Shown here piece after piece: positions 20,138 through 29,356 of a stretch of DNA of 64,000 bases (positions within the stretch are counted from its first letter, which is position 1; each line of letters opens with the position of its first letter). This stretch comes from Candidatus Anaerostipes excrementavium. Lineage in GTDB: Bacteria > Bacillota > Clostridia > Lachnospirales > Lachnospiraceae. Where the stretch lies: positions 21,077 through 85,076 of the forward strand of contig DXEM01000007.1 of the NCBI GenBank assembly GCA_019114985.1, in the 5' to 3' direction. A model generated the notes under the pieces. That model saw only the letters and a list, made by a program, of their open reading frames with translations, was not told the DNA's origin and made no database searches. Position numbers and translations under genes: made by a program.

Positions 20138-20585
20138 TTTCGTTTCCTTTCTCCAGCAAAGATTCCAAAGATGGATCCTTTTCCCCCAATACGCAGATTC
20201 CATGTTCTTTTAGAAACTTTGCCGTCACTCCATCCTCGTGAGTCAATGTTTTTGTAAATGTTCCGTCATATATTTGCCCGTTCCCACAGGAGGGGCTTTT
20301 TTCTTTTAAAATCGCATAGCGGCAGTCAAACATCTCTGCCAGCTTCCATGCTTCTTTCGCTCCATTTTCAAATTGGCAGGTCACATCCGTACCATCTTTC
20401 ATAACCACTCTCTTCCCACAGACTTCCGCCGGAATCCGCGGTGTCGAAAGACCTCCCATGATTTCGGGACAAACCGGAATCAGATGGTACTTTTCTTTTA
20501 ATCTCGCCACCCGCTCCTGAAAATTATTCCCCTGATCATATTTGCAGTTCACACCAAGCAGACATGCACTTACCAGTATATTCAT
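20118..20585 (-). CDS. DUF523 / 2-thiouracil desulfurase (TudS)-family Fe-S protein
   Basis: MNILVSACLLG, PVCPEIMGGL, LKEKSPSCG. Confidence 0.85.
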   Translation of the reverse strand: MNILVSACLLGVNCKYDQGNNFQERVARLKEKYHLIPVCPEIMGGLSTPRIPAEVCGKRVVMKDGTDVTCQFENGAKEAWKLAEMFDCRYAILKEKSPSCGNGQIYDGTFTKTLTHEDGVTAKFLKEHGICVLGEKDPSLESLLEKGNENETKDC

Positions 20586-20619
20586 TTTTGTCCCTCCTTT
20601 TGCCTTCTTAAGCATGATA

Positions 20620-21462
20620 TCAGCAATTTCCGGTATATACATATTTTAAATGTTTGCCTGCGATTCGGGCAAGATGATATACCATATCCACCTCTGTCGG
20701 CGGACGATCCTGCATTTGCCAATTCGGGAAGAATCTTGTAACATGCAGCGGGATGTTGGGATCTATATCTGCGATCCATTTTGCCATCTCTTCCATCTCC
20801 TCTTCCTGATCGTTTTCCTCTGGTACAATCAGCGTTGTTAACTCTACATGCCCATATTTTGCAGCTTCTTTGATAAAAGACTGAACCACTGAAAGATTTC
20901 CTCCCAGCTTTTCATAATACTTTTTTGTAAATCCTTTTAGGTCAATATTCCAGGCATCGACCAGCGGCATAACTTCCCCGACGGCCTCCAAAGAAACCGA
21001 TCCGTTGGTCACTGCTACCGTTTTTAGATGCTCTTTCTTTAAAAATACCGCCGTATCTCTGATATATTCATATCCAATCATCGGCTCATTATAAGTAAAT
21101 GCCACCCCAATATTCCCCAAAGGGACTGTTTCTAATGCTTTCTCGCACAGCTCCCGGGGTGAGAGGAACACTGTTTGGATCTCATCCTCGCCGGCCATAG
21201 AGATCTGATGATTCTGACAAAAAGGGCAGGACAGATTACAGCCATAGCTTCCCACCGATAAGATTCGGCTGCCAGGGTGAAATCTTTTCAAAGGTTTCTT
21301 CTCGATTGGATCCAAAGCCATGGATGTCAGCCTGCCGTAATTGGCACAAACGACCTTTCCTTCTATATTCTTCCTTGCTCTGCATCTTCCGGTTTGCCCT
21401 TCCTTCAGGCGGCAATGATGCATGCATGTCCGGCAAATCACTTCTGTTCGCATTTTCATCAC
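20620..21462 (-). CDS. amrS: AmmeMemoRadiSam system radical SAM enzyme
   Basis: N-terminal CRTCMHHC...CRAR, DPIEKKPL, CNLSCPFCQN, FTYNEP. Confidence 0.9.
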   Translation of the reverse strand: MMKMRTEVICRTCMHHCRLKEGQTGRCRARKNIEGKVVCANYGRLTSMALDPIEKKPLKRFHPGSRILSVGSYGCNLSCPFCQNHQISMAGEDEIQTVFLSPRELCEKALETVPLGNIGVAFTYNEPMIGYEYIRDTAVFLKKEHLKTVAVTNGSVSLEAVGEVMPLVDAWNIDLKGFTKKYYEKLGGNLSVVQSFIKEAAKYGHVELTTLIVPEENDQEEEMEEMAKWIADIDPNIPLHVTRFFPNWQMQDRPPTEVDMVYHLARIAGKHLKYVYTGNC

Positions 21463-22847
21463 CTATACCTTATTACCTGGAACCGCTCCATCTTGACATC
21501 CTCATCATCAGGATTGATCCCTGCTTTTTGCTTCGTTATCATGATTTGATCCTCGATCGTATCGACACCTTCCAAATCCGGCAGAAGCAAACCTCTTTTT
21601 CTTCCCTTCGTCACAATCAAGCCATATTTTTTCACATCCAGTTGATCCGGAGAATCGATCTCTTCCGGCTCTCCAAGAACATCGACACTATATTCCAAAT
21701 AAGGCAGTTCCTCATAAGCTACCTGTGGAAATCGATAATCTTTGGTGCCTGCGCTTACTGCATTTTGTATGATTTCCTCCGCCACTGATCCAGTCGTCGG
21801 AGCGATTGTTCCGATACAGCCTCTCAATCTCCCGTCTTTTTTCAAAGAGACAAACACGCCCGCTTTTCGGCTAAGAAATTCTTCCGGCAAATCTTTCGGC
21901 ACAGAAATCGGCGTATGTTTCAGCATATATCCTTCCAGCGATTTTCGTGCTAATCTGACGTATGCATCTTCCTGCTCTTTCTTTTCCTGAGCCTTTCGAA
22001 GTTCCCGTTTGAAATGGCGATCTTTAAAATTCCTGCTGTCGTCGATGCCTTCTGTCCGATAAGTACAAACACCATAACCAACTCCAAATGGCCCTTCATA
22101 GGAAAGCTTCTGAGCACTTACCTTCATTCGATCCAAGGCGCCTGCCATAATCAGAAACGAGCGATGCCCGCATTCTCCGGCTTTCTGGCAAAACTCTTCG
22201 GAAAAATCAAACAATCGTCCAAAGTCTGCTTCTCCCATGAGTTCCATGGTCTCTCTGTCATATTCCGGCCCTTCCTCCCGATAACCGTATGGTCCGTCTT
22301 CCTTTAAACGGTGAGACAGATCTCCGCTGGCAACAATTATAGTTCTTCTCCCCAAACGATTTGCCGTCTCCTGTATATATTGTCCCAAAGTATAATGATC
22401 GGCAAAAGATAATCCTGACAATCCAATCCGTACAGCTTGATAATCGGTATAGGCCTGGTTGATAAAATACAAAGGAATCATCGTCCCATGATCCAAACGA
22501 GGATCCCGTTCTCCAAGGGTACCCGCCATAAATCCATGTTCGTCTGCTTCCAGACTTAATTCTTCCGCAAATATCGTATCATACTTTACCTGTATCTTTA
22601 CTTCAGGACTCCGAAACTGCCCAAAATCCCCTTTTGCACCGACGCCAGGCGAAATATGAAAATAATCCCCATACATGATGGAATGGGGTGTTGTAACAAT
22701 AATCGTCTCCGGCTGAAGCGCCGCGACCTCCTGTGCCGCCTGACGGTAGGCATCTATGGTCTTTTGAATCTCCTTTTCCTCTCCACGTCCCACTTCCGGT
22801 ATGATCAGCGGCGGATGAGGAACCATAACCGCACCAATAACTGCCAT
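21459..22847 (-). CDS. amrA: Fused Memo/LigB-like (AmrB) + AMMECR1 (AmrA) protein
   Basis: PHPP, DHG, ASGDLSH, GECG, EGPFGVGY N-terminal domain; GVFVSL...LRGCIGT, GLLLPDL AMMECR1 domain; 4-nt overlap with amrS. Confidence 0.88.
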   Translation of the reverse strand: MAVIGAVMVPHPPLIIPEVGRGEEKEIQKTIDAYRQAAQEVAALQPETIIVTTPHSIMYGDYFHISPGVGAKGDFGQFRSPEVKIQVKYDTIFAEELSLEADEHGFMAGTLGERDPRLDHGTMIPLYFINQAYTDYQAVRIGLSGLSFADHYTLGQYIQETANRLGRRTIIVASGDLSHRLKEDGPYGYREEGPEYDRETMELMGEADFGRLFDFSEEFCQKAGECGHRSFLIMAGALDRMKVSAQKLSYEGPFGVGYGVCTYRTEGIDDSRNFKDRHFKRELRKAQEKKEQEDAYVRLARKSLEGYMLKHTPISVPKDLPEEFLSRKAGVFVSLKKDGRLRGCIGTIAPTTGSVAEEIIQNAVSAGTKDYRFPQVAYEELPYLEYSVDVLGEPEEIDSPDQLDVKKYGLIVTKGRKRGLLLPDLEGVDTIEDQIMITKQKAGINPDDEDVKMERFQVIRYR

Positions 22848-22985
22848 ATGCCCATCTCCTTTCTCTCCCTTTCTTTTATCTTAACATGTTTTTCTCCTGA
22901 TTGAAAATTCCAAGTGAAATAAAAAGCCCAGGATTCCTGCCTCTCTGCAAAAATCCTGAACTTCTTCTTTGCTATATTGTTCTTC

Positions 22986-23450
22986 TTACCTTCGAATCAG
23001 CGGCGTAATCGAAACGGCGCCCTGGACACCGGCATCTACGGTACCGGCATCGCTTCCTGCTGTAACACGAAAGCGCAGCTCTGCCGCATCATCCCATGCC
23101 GCATTGGTCGTAAAGGATCCGGCACCTGTGGCAGTATCCTCGTTTCCTGATATGGAAAAAACAGAATACAGCAGACCCGGCTGCTGGTTAATATACGGAA
23201 TGACCTGAAAGCGGTTCCCCGGTCCGATCGTCGCCAAAAAGATATAATCAATCAAGTACAAAAAACCAGGCTGGAGAATGATCGTCTGCTCTTCTTCCAA
23301 AGAGATATCCGTTCCCTCCCGAAAAACTTCATAAAAAGAAAGATAACTTCCGGAAGGGACTCTTCCAACCGTTCCATACTGGGCAAAAGAATCCGGACAG
23401 CAAATATCCTGGGGATCTTTATGGTGCTTTTCACACCAACATTTCTTCAT
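22986..23450 (-). CDS. Hypothetical protein with a Cys/His-rich N-terminus and a beta-rich body
   Basis: 154-aa ORF with plausible composition; no family recognised with confidence. Confidence 0.5.
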   Translation of the reverse strand: MKKCWCEKHHKDPQDICCPDSFAQYGTVGRVPSGSYLSFYEVFREGTDISLEEEQTIILQPGFLYLIDYIFLATIGPGNRFQVIPYINQQPGLLYSVFSISGNEDTATGAGSFTTNAAWDDAAELRFRVTAGSDAGTVDAGVQGAVSITPLIRR

Positions 23451-23518
23451 AGAACATTTCTCCTTTTTTCTTAGTCTATGAAAAAATCCCTCTTCGTGTC
23501 CGCCGTTTCTTACGATCT

Positions 23519-25264
23519 TTAGTCTCTTACTTTGATATGCACTTCACGCAGCTGCTGCTCTGTAATCTCGCTTGGAGCTCCGCATAACAGATCCTGAGCG
23601 GTTCCGCTCATCGGGAATGGGATAACCTCTCTGATATTTTCCTCTTCCCTAAGAAGCATGATCATACGATCAAGTCCCGGCGCCATTCCGGCATGAGGCG
23701 GTGCTCCGAACTGGAATGCATTATAGAGAGCGCCGAACTTATCTTTCAATGTCTCTTTATCATATCCTGCAATCTCGAAAGCTTTTTCCATGATTTCCAT
23801 GTCATGATTTCTTACCGCTCCGGAAGATAATTCCACTCCGTTGCAGACAATATCATACTGATAAGCCAGCAATTCCAGAGGGTCTTTTTCTTCCAGTGCC
23901 TTCAGACCGCCCTGCGGCATAGAGAATGGATTGTGAGTAAATCCAAGTTTTCCTGTCTCTTCATCGATCTCATACATTGGGAAATCATTGATATAGCAGA
24001 AACGATACGCGTTCTTTTCCAAAAGATCTAATCTGCTTCCCAATTCGTCGCGAAGCTGTCCGGCAAAGATGCAGGCCGCTTTTTCCGGGGCAGCAATAAA
24101 GAAGATCGTATCTCCTACAGATAATCCTGCCATTTCGGCAAGTTCCATCTTCATATCATCCGGAATAAATTTATCGATCGGTCCTTTATATTTCATCTCT
24201 TCTTTTACTTCCAGATATCCAAGACCTCCCATACCGATGGACTGAGCGAATTTTAACAGTTTCGCATGCTGTCCTTTTGACAATTTCGCATGCACATTGA
24301 TTGCGCGTACAGTCTGTCCGTGGAAAGGTTTGAAAGTACATCTCTGGAAAAATTCTGTCACATCAATGATTCTTAATGGATTTCGAAGATCCGGTTTGTC
24401 TGTTCCAAACTGAAGCATCGCTTCTGCGTAGCTATAGATTGGATACGGTGCCTTTGTCACAACAGAACCTTCCGGAGCAAACTCCTCGAATGCAGCTGTC
24501 AGGACTTCTTCTCCTACTTTAAATACATCTTCCTGTGCTGCAAAAGCCATCTCAAAATCTAACTGATAGAACTCTCCCGGAGATCTGTCTGCACGGGCAT
24601 CTTCATCTCGGAAACATGGTGCAATCTGATAATATTTATCGATTCCGCCAACCATGAGCAGCTGTTTATGCTGCTGCGGCGCCTGCGGAAGCGCATAAAA
24701 TTTTCCTTTATATTTTCTGGACGGAACCACATAATCCCTTGCACCCTCAGGAGAAGATGCACAAAGAATCGGTGTCTGGATCTCAATAAATCCTAACTCT
24801 TCCATCTTATCTCTTAAAAAGCGAATTACTTTGGAACGGAATAAAATATTGTCCTTCACTTTTCGGTTTCTCATATCCAGATAACGATATTTTAAACGGA
24901 CATCCTCTCTGATTTCCTTTGATGTTGCAATCTCAAACGGAAGATCCCGATAAATCTTTCCTAAAATATCAATCTTGTGAGCTTCCAACTCGATGGTTCC
25001 GGTCGGAATCTTCGGGTTGAACGTCTCTTCATCTCTGTGTTCCACCAAACCTTCGATGGAAAGACATTCTTCTTTCCTTACATGATTTAAAAGAGTAGTA
25101 TCTCTCAATACGACCTGCATGACTCCATACATATCTCTCAAGTCAATAAATGACACACCGCCGTGGTCACGAATATTCTCGACCCACCCGGCGATTTTTA
25201 ATTCTTTTCCGATATCATCCTCGGATATCTGATCCATCGTTCTGGTACGGTATAAATCTGACAT
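23519..25264 (-). CDS. aspS: Aspartate-tRNA ligase, probably non-discriminating (Asp/Asn)
   Basis: RDHGG, GARDY, LPQAPQ, CFRDED, GAPPHAGMAPGLDR; SD before MSDLY. Confidence 0.95.
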   Translation of the reverse strand: MSDLYRTRTMDQISEDDIGKELKIAGWVENIRDHGGVSFIDLRDMYGVMQVVLRDTTLLNHVRKEECLSIEGLVEHRDEETFNPKIPTGTIELEAHKIDILGKIYRDLPFEIATSKEIREDVRLKYRYLDMRNRKVKDNILFRSKVIRFLRDKMEELGFIEIQTPILCASSPEGARDYVVPSRKYKGKFYALPQAPQQHKQLLMVGGIDKYYQIAPCFRDEDARADRSPGEFYQLDFEMAFAAQEDVFKVGEEVLTAAFEEFAPEGSVVTKAPYPIYSYAEAMLQFGTDKPDLRNPLRIIDVTEFFQRCTFKPFHGQTVRAINVHAKLSKGQHAKLLKFAQSIGMGGLGYLEVKEEMKYKGPIDKFIPDDMKMELAEMAGLSVGDTIFFIAAPEKAACIFAGQLRDELGSRLDLLEKNAYRFCYINDFPMYEIDEETGKLGFTHNPFSMPQGGLKALEEKDPLELLAYQYDIVCNGVELSSGAVRNHDMEIMEKAFEIAGYDKETLKDKFGALYNAFQFGAPPHAGMAPGLDRMIMLLREEENIREVIPFPMSGTAQDLLCGAPSEITEQQLREVHIKVRD

Positions 25265-25320
25265 CTTCTTTCTCCTTTTCCTTATTTCATGTATTCTTTT
25301 GGCGGACCACATCCTTTTTT

Positions 25321-25530
25321 ATTTCATAGGGACGAAGTTTCGTATGAAATATGAAAGGACAAAGCGGACAAGTCCGCATCAAACTCCCTCTATCCCTCAA
25401 TCTTTGAGGGACTTACTCCGCTTTGCGCGCCAGATGCAGACTGCGAAAGCAGTCATATTTCTTATTGCATCTGGTCGCATCCTACGCGGAGCGTTTTTTA
25501 TTGCATAGGAGCGAAGCTTCCTATGCAATA
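25321..25530. repeat. Structured ~210-bp element bounded by two related palindromes (REP/MITE-like)
   Basis: ATTTCATAGGGACGAAGTTTCGTATGAAATA (25321) and ATTGCATAGGAGCGAAGCTTCCTATGCAATA (25500) are 25/31 identical; nested internal hairpins. Confidence 0.55.
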
Positions 25531-25781
25531 AAAAAGAGCCCAGTCCTGAAATCTTTTCAGGACGAACTCTTGTATCTTCCAGTCCGCGGTACCACCTGAT
25601 TTACTGTTTTCTCACAGTCTCTCTTACCTGCCTGTTAACGCCAGGACTACGTCTCACCTACTGACCAATCCAGGATCGGTGTTCAGATTGATGCTCCGGA
25701 GTGTTCTTCCCATAGATTCACTTTGCAGGGTTCTCACTATCTCCTGCTCACTGGGAACGATAATCTATGCTACTTTTCTCC
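25530..25781 (-). ncRNA. T-box riboswitch, specifier AAC (Asn)
   Basis: Stem I GGAG/CTCC and CATAGATT/AATCTATG, AGUA motif, specifier loop GGAAGAACA, T-box AATCAGGTGGTACCGCG (25585-25601), terminator at 25530-25571. Confidence 0.92.
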
Positions 25782-25799
25782 ATCATCGCCTATTGAACC

Positions 25800-25829
25800 A
25801 TTATAAGCGAGAGAAAGTTCCTTTGTCAA
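25800..25829 (-). promoter_or_regulatory. Sigma-A promoter of the T-box/aspS transcript
   Basis: TTGACA-18-TATAAT on the minus strand. Confidence 0.7.
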
Positions 25830-25956
25830 TTCCTTTTTCCCTGAGTTTTCGCAAAATTACGCTTAGCTTTTTATGAATCCCCTACTGTCAAAATCTCCCG
25901 CATCTTTACAATGAAAACCCCAGTTCATTTATTATCCTGATATATCCGACACAGCT

Positions 25957-26343
25957 CTACTTTGCCAAGCTCCTGTTCCCGGACAACCATTCCTGCACCA
26001 ATTTTACATTGACTTTAACGATATCCGCAATATCAGATACGGACATCCCCCTGTCTGCGAGTGCTATTGCGGTTTCCTTCGCCTTTTCCATTGCTCCTTT
26101 GGAAAGTCCTTCCGCAAGTCCCTGAGCTCTGCCACGTTCTTCACCGTATTTTGCCCCTGCGTTGTATATCTCGTCCATCTCACGACTCATAAAATTCCCT
26201 CCTTCCTGATTCTCTTTCAGTTCGTAGACACGTTTTGCCAAAATTCCACTTTGAATGTCTCTAGGATCCTTACAGTGAAAATCCTGCATCAGCCGTCCAA
26301 GTTTTGCTTCCATATTATCATGCAGAGATGGAACTTTCAACAA
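25957..26343 (-). pseudogene. C-terminal remnant of an Rpn/PD-(D/E)XK 'transposase' gene with an intact small ORF (RpnS-like, 25957-26190)
   Basis: LGRLMQDF...ELKENQEGGNFMSREMDEIY...GLAEG...C-terminal HTH-like tail; SD GAAGGAGG before ATG 26190. Confidence 0.7.
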
Positions 26344-26476
26344 TTTATATTCATTAATTGAAAATATTATTTTTACCCACTTCTTTTTTTCCTCAAATCC
26401 TGAAATTTATCTGTCTTTGATTACGATACTCTTTTTCTGTCAATACTCTTAACAAATCATGAAGGAGGGTTTGTTT

Positions 26477-27814
26477 ATGTCACAAAAAATTATCGTCGTC
26501 GGAGCCAATCACGCTGGTACCGCCGCATTAAATACATTATTAGATTCTGGTCAGGATGTGGATGTCACCGCATTTGACGCAAATTCCAATATTAGTTTCC
26601 TGGGATGCGGCATGGCTTTATGGATTGGCGGACAAATTTCCGGACCGGAAGGGCTTTTCTATTCCAGCAAAGAGATTCTGGAACAAAAAGGCGCATCCAT
26701 CCATATGAATTCCAAAGTAAGCTCTATCGATTTTGAGCGAAAAACGCTGAAAGCCAAATGTCTGTCTGGTGATTATTATGAGCAATCTTACGATAAACTA
26801 ATTCTGGCTACCGGATCTGTGCCGGTCGCTCTTCCAATAGAAGGAATGGATCTTAAGAATGTTCAATATGTAAAGCTATACCAAAATGCAGAAGATGTCA
26901 TAAAAAAGCTGAAACAAAAAGAGATAAAGAAAATCACAGTTATCGGAGCCGGATATATCGGAGTAGAATTAGCAGAAGCCTTTTGCAGGAGCGGAAAAGA
27001 AGTAACTTTAATTGACAGCGCAGCGACCTGTCTGTCTTCTTATTATGATGAGCCTTTTTCCCGGCGCATGGAAGAAAATCTGGAGCGTCACGGTATTCAG
27101 CTTGCTTTTGGCGAAACCGTGCAGAAATTAGAAGGGAAAGACAAGGTTCAGAAGGTCATAACCGAGACCTCTTCTTACGATGCCGATATGGTCGTATTCT
27201 GCGCTGGATTTCAGCCAAATACGAAACTTGGAAAAGATAAGATTTCTCTGTTTGAAAACGGCGCTTACCTGGTAAATCGCCGTCAGGAGACCAATCTGCC
27301 CGATGTATATGCCATTGGAGACTGTGCATCGGTCTACAATAATGCATCCCAAAGAACCGATTATATCGCTCTGGCAACCAATGCCGTTCGTTCCGGCATC
27401 ATTGCCGCAAGAAATATTCTCGGAGATCCTATCGAATCGCCAGGAGTTCAAGGTTCCAACGGCATCAGCATCTGGAATTTAAAAATGGTCAGCACCGGCC
27501 TGTCTTTCAAAAAGGCTCTGCGCCTTGGCTATGATGCTGCCGTTGTCGATTACGAAGACTATCAAAAGGCCGGATTCATGGAAACAGAAAACAGCAAAGT
27601 CGTTATCCATATCGTTTATGATAAAACGACCCGCAGAATCTTAGGAGCACAGCTTTGTTCTGAATATGATATCTCCATGACGATTCATATGTTTTCTCTT
27701 GCAATCCAAGAGCAGGTTACCATCGATACTTTGAAACTATTTGATCTGTTCTTTCTGCCTCATTTTAACCAGCCATATAATTACATTACAATGGCAGCTC
27801 TCAGAGCTGAATAA
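26477..27814 (+). CDS. nox: H2O-forming NADH oxidase
   Basis: GANHAG, SFLGCG redox Cys, [27 protein letters not shown]. Confidence 0.9.
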   Translation: MSQKIIVVGANHAGTAALNTLLDSGQDVDVTAFDANSNISFLGCGMALWIGGQISGPEGLFYSSKEILEQKGASIHMNSKVSSIDFERKTLKAKCLSGDYYEQSYDKLILATGSVPVALPIEGMDLKNVQYVKLYQNAEDVIKKLKQKEIKKITVIGAGYIGVELAEAFCRSGKEVTLIDSAATCLSSYYDEPFSRRMEENLERHGIQLAFGETVQKLEGKDKVQKVITETSSYDADMVVFCAGFQPNTKLGKDKISLFENGAYLVNRRQETNLPDVYAIGDCASVYNNASQRTDYIALATNAVRSGIIAARNILGDPIESPGVQGSNGISIWNLKMVSTGLSFKKALRLGYDAAVVDYEDYQKAGFMETENSKVVIHIVYDKTTRRILGAQLCSEYDISMTIHMFSLAIQEQVTIDTLKLFDLFFLPHFNQPYNYITMAALRAE

Positions 27815-27836
27815 TTCTTTTATCAGATTTAAGAAG

Positions 27837-27973
27837 GAATCCTGCTTTGCTGGATTCTCCGCCTGCGGCGGGTCGCTTTGGCGACATTTTTCACACCGCC
27901 GCAGTGCGTCTTCGTTCCACTCCGGTCGGCGCAGAGCAAATGTCCACCGGACATTTTGCGCCCTCGCAGAGGG
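27837..27973. repeat. Cluster of five GC-rich hairpins (REP/MITE-like) between convergent nox and dus
   Basis: GAATCC..GGATTC, CCGCC-TGC-GGCGG, GTCGC-TTTG-GCGAC, GGCGCA..AAATGTCC-ACC-GGACATTT..TGCGCC, CCCTC-GCA-GAGGG. Confidence 0.55.
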
Positions 27974-27985
27974 ATTTTTATGATT

Positions 27986-28933
27986 TCAACACAAATTTCT
28001 ATCAACATCCTGTTCTTCATAGAGCAAACGGATGATTTTTTCATAGTCAGACAGTCTCTCTGCTTTCCGGATCTTCTTCGCATATTTTTTATGATTGGTC
28101 AGCATCTGAATCGGATTGCTCCAAAAATCTTTCATTTTGAATAAAACATTTTTCTCCCCGGATATGTATTGCTGATATCCTTCATATACCATATCATGCA
28201 GCGCAAAGAGTTTCTCCTTCGTGAGTTTTTCACCGCCGCGAATCTGACAAACCAGCGCCGGATTTCTTAAAATTCCTCTGCCTATCATGACGGCTTCCAG
28301 ATTCGGAATGCGTTCCGATAAATTTCGAACATCGTCCGGCAGCAAAATATCTCCATTATAACAGACCGGATTCACACTTTTTTGAAACGCATCCTCAAAT
28401 ACATCCATATGCACATGTCCATTGTAAAATTGTTCCTGGACTCTTGGATGGATGATCAATTCATGGAGAGGATAGCGATTATAAACTTCCAGAATCTCTT
28501 CAAATTCTTCAGGATTGAACATTCCGATTCTTGTTTTGACTGATATTTTCAGATCGACCCGTTCAAAAATTTGATCCAAAAACTCATCCAGCTCATCTAA
28601 ATCCTTCAAAAAACCGGATCCTTTTCCCTTGGAGACTACGGTTTTCGATGGACATCCAAGATTCAGATTCACTTCCTGATACCCCATTTCTTTCAGTTTC
28701 TCTGCCGTCTTTTGGAATTCTTCCGCTTTTCTTGTGAGAATCTGCGGTACCACATACAAGCCTTCGTTGTGCTCCGGGAGGACATCCCGAAGCTCTCTCG
28801 TTCGAAAAATCCTTTTCTGATTCGGCATGATAAACGGGGTAAAATATTTATCCATTTCTCCAAACAGCGAAGCATAGGCATTCCGATAAACAAAAACGGT
28901 AATACCTTCCATCGGCGCTAAATAAAATTTCAT
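27986..28933 (-). CDS. tRNA-dihydrouridine synthase family protein
   Basis: LAPMEG, NLNLGCP, SVKTRIG, IIHPR, YNGD, MIGRG. Confidence 0.88.
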   Translation of the reverse strand: MKFYLAPMEGITVFVYRNAYASLFGEMDKYFTPFIMPNQKRIFRTRELRDVLPEHNEGLYVVPQILTRKAEEFQKTAEKLKEMGYQEVNLNLGCPSKTVVSKGKGSGFLKDLDELDEFLDQIFERVDLKISVKTRIGMFNPEEFEEILEVYNRYPLHELIIHPRVQEQFYNGHVHMDVFEDAFQKSVNPVCYNGDILLPDDVRNLSERIPNLEAVMIGRGILRNPALVCQIRGGEKLTKEKLFALHDMVYEGYQQYISGEKNVLFKMKDFWSNPIQMLTNHKKYAKKIRKAERLSDYEKIIRLLYEEQDVDRNLC

Positions 28934-29037
28934 AAGTCCTCCTTGCCGGTAAAAATCCGCAAAATATTTCAGCACATAGAAGAAGGCAGACTGCCATATT
29001 CAAAGCAGCTGCCTTCCTTTTCCGCACTGACAGGTGG

Positions 29038-29310
29038 TCAATCCCCTCCAAAGATTTCCAGGATATCACCTAGGAATGCACCTTTTTTCTTCCTCTTATG
29101 ATCATGTTTTGCGTCCTGTTTCGTCTTTTCCCTTGATCCATCACTACCGTAAGATACCTCTTCATATTGAGAGGCTCTCTCTATGATCTTATCAAGTTCT
29201 CCACGATCCAGCCAGATTCCCCGGCATTCCGGACAATAATCGATTTCCACTCCATGTTTCTCCGACATCAGCAGCGTGACATCTTTGCATACTGGACATT
29301 TCATAGGCAA
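29038..29310 (-). CDS. zf-TFIIB zinc-ribbon protein
   Basis: CPVC...EIDYCPECRGIWLDRGELDKI. Confidence 0.85.
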   Translation of the reverse strand: MPMKCPVCKDVTLLMSEKHGVEIDYCPECRGIWLDRGELDKIIERASQYEEVSYGSDGSREKTKQDAKHDHKRKKKGAFLGDILEIFGGD

Positions 29311-29356
29311 ACTCCTTTCCTGGTACGCTTATGTTACCAATTCCCATGGTTGACTT

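Noticed and set aside
25299-25508. 69-aa ORF across the structured aspS-leader element, and short ORFs over 27741-28144
   Set aside because: No SD; these are by-products of GC-rich palindromic DNA.
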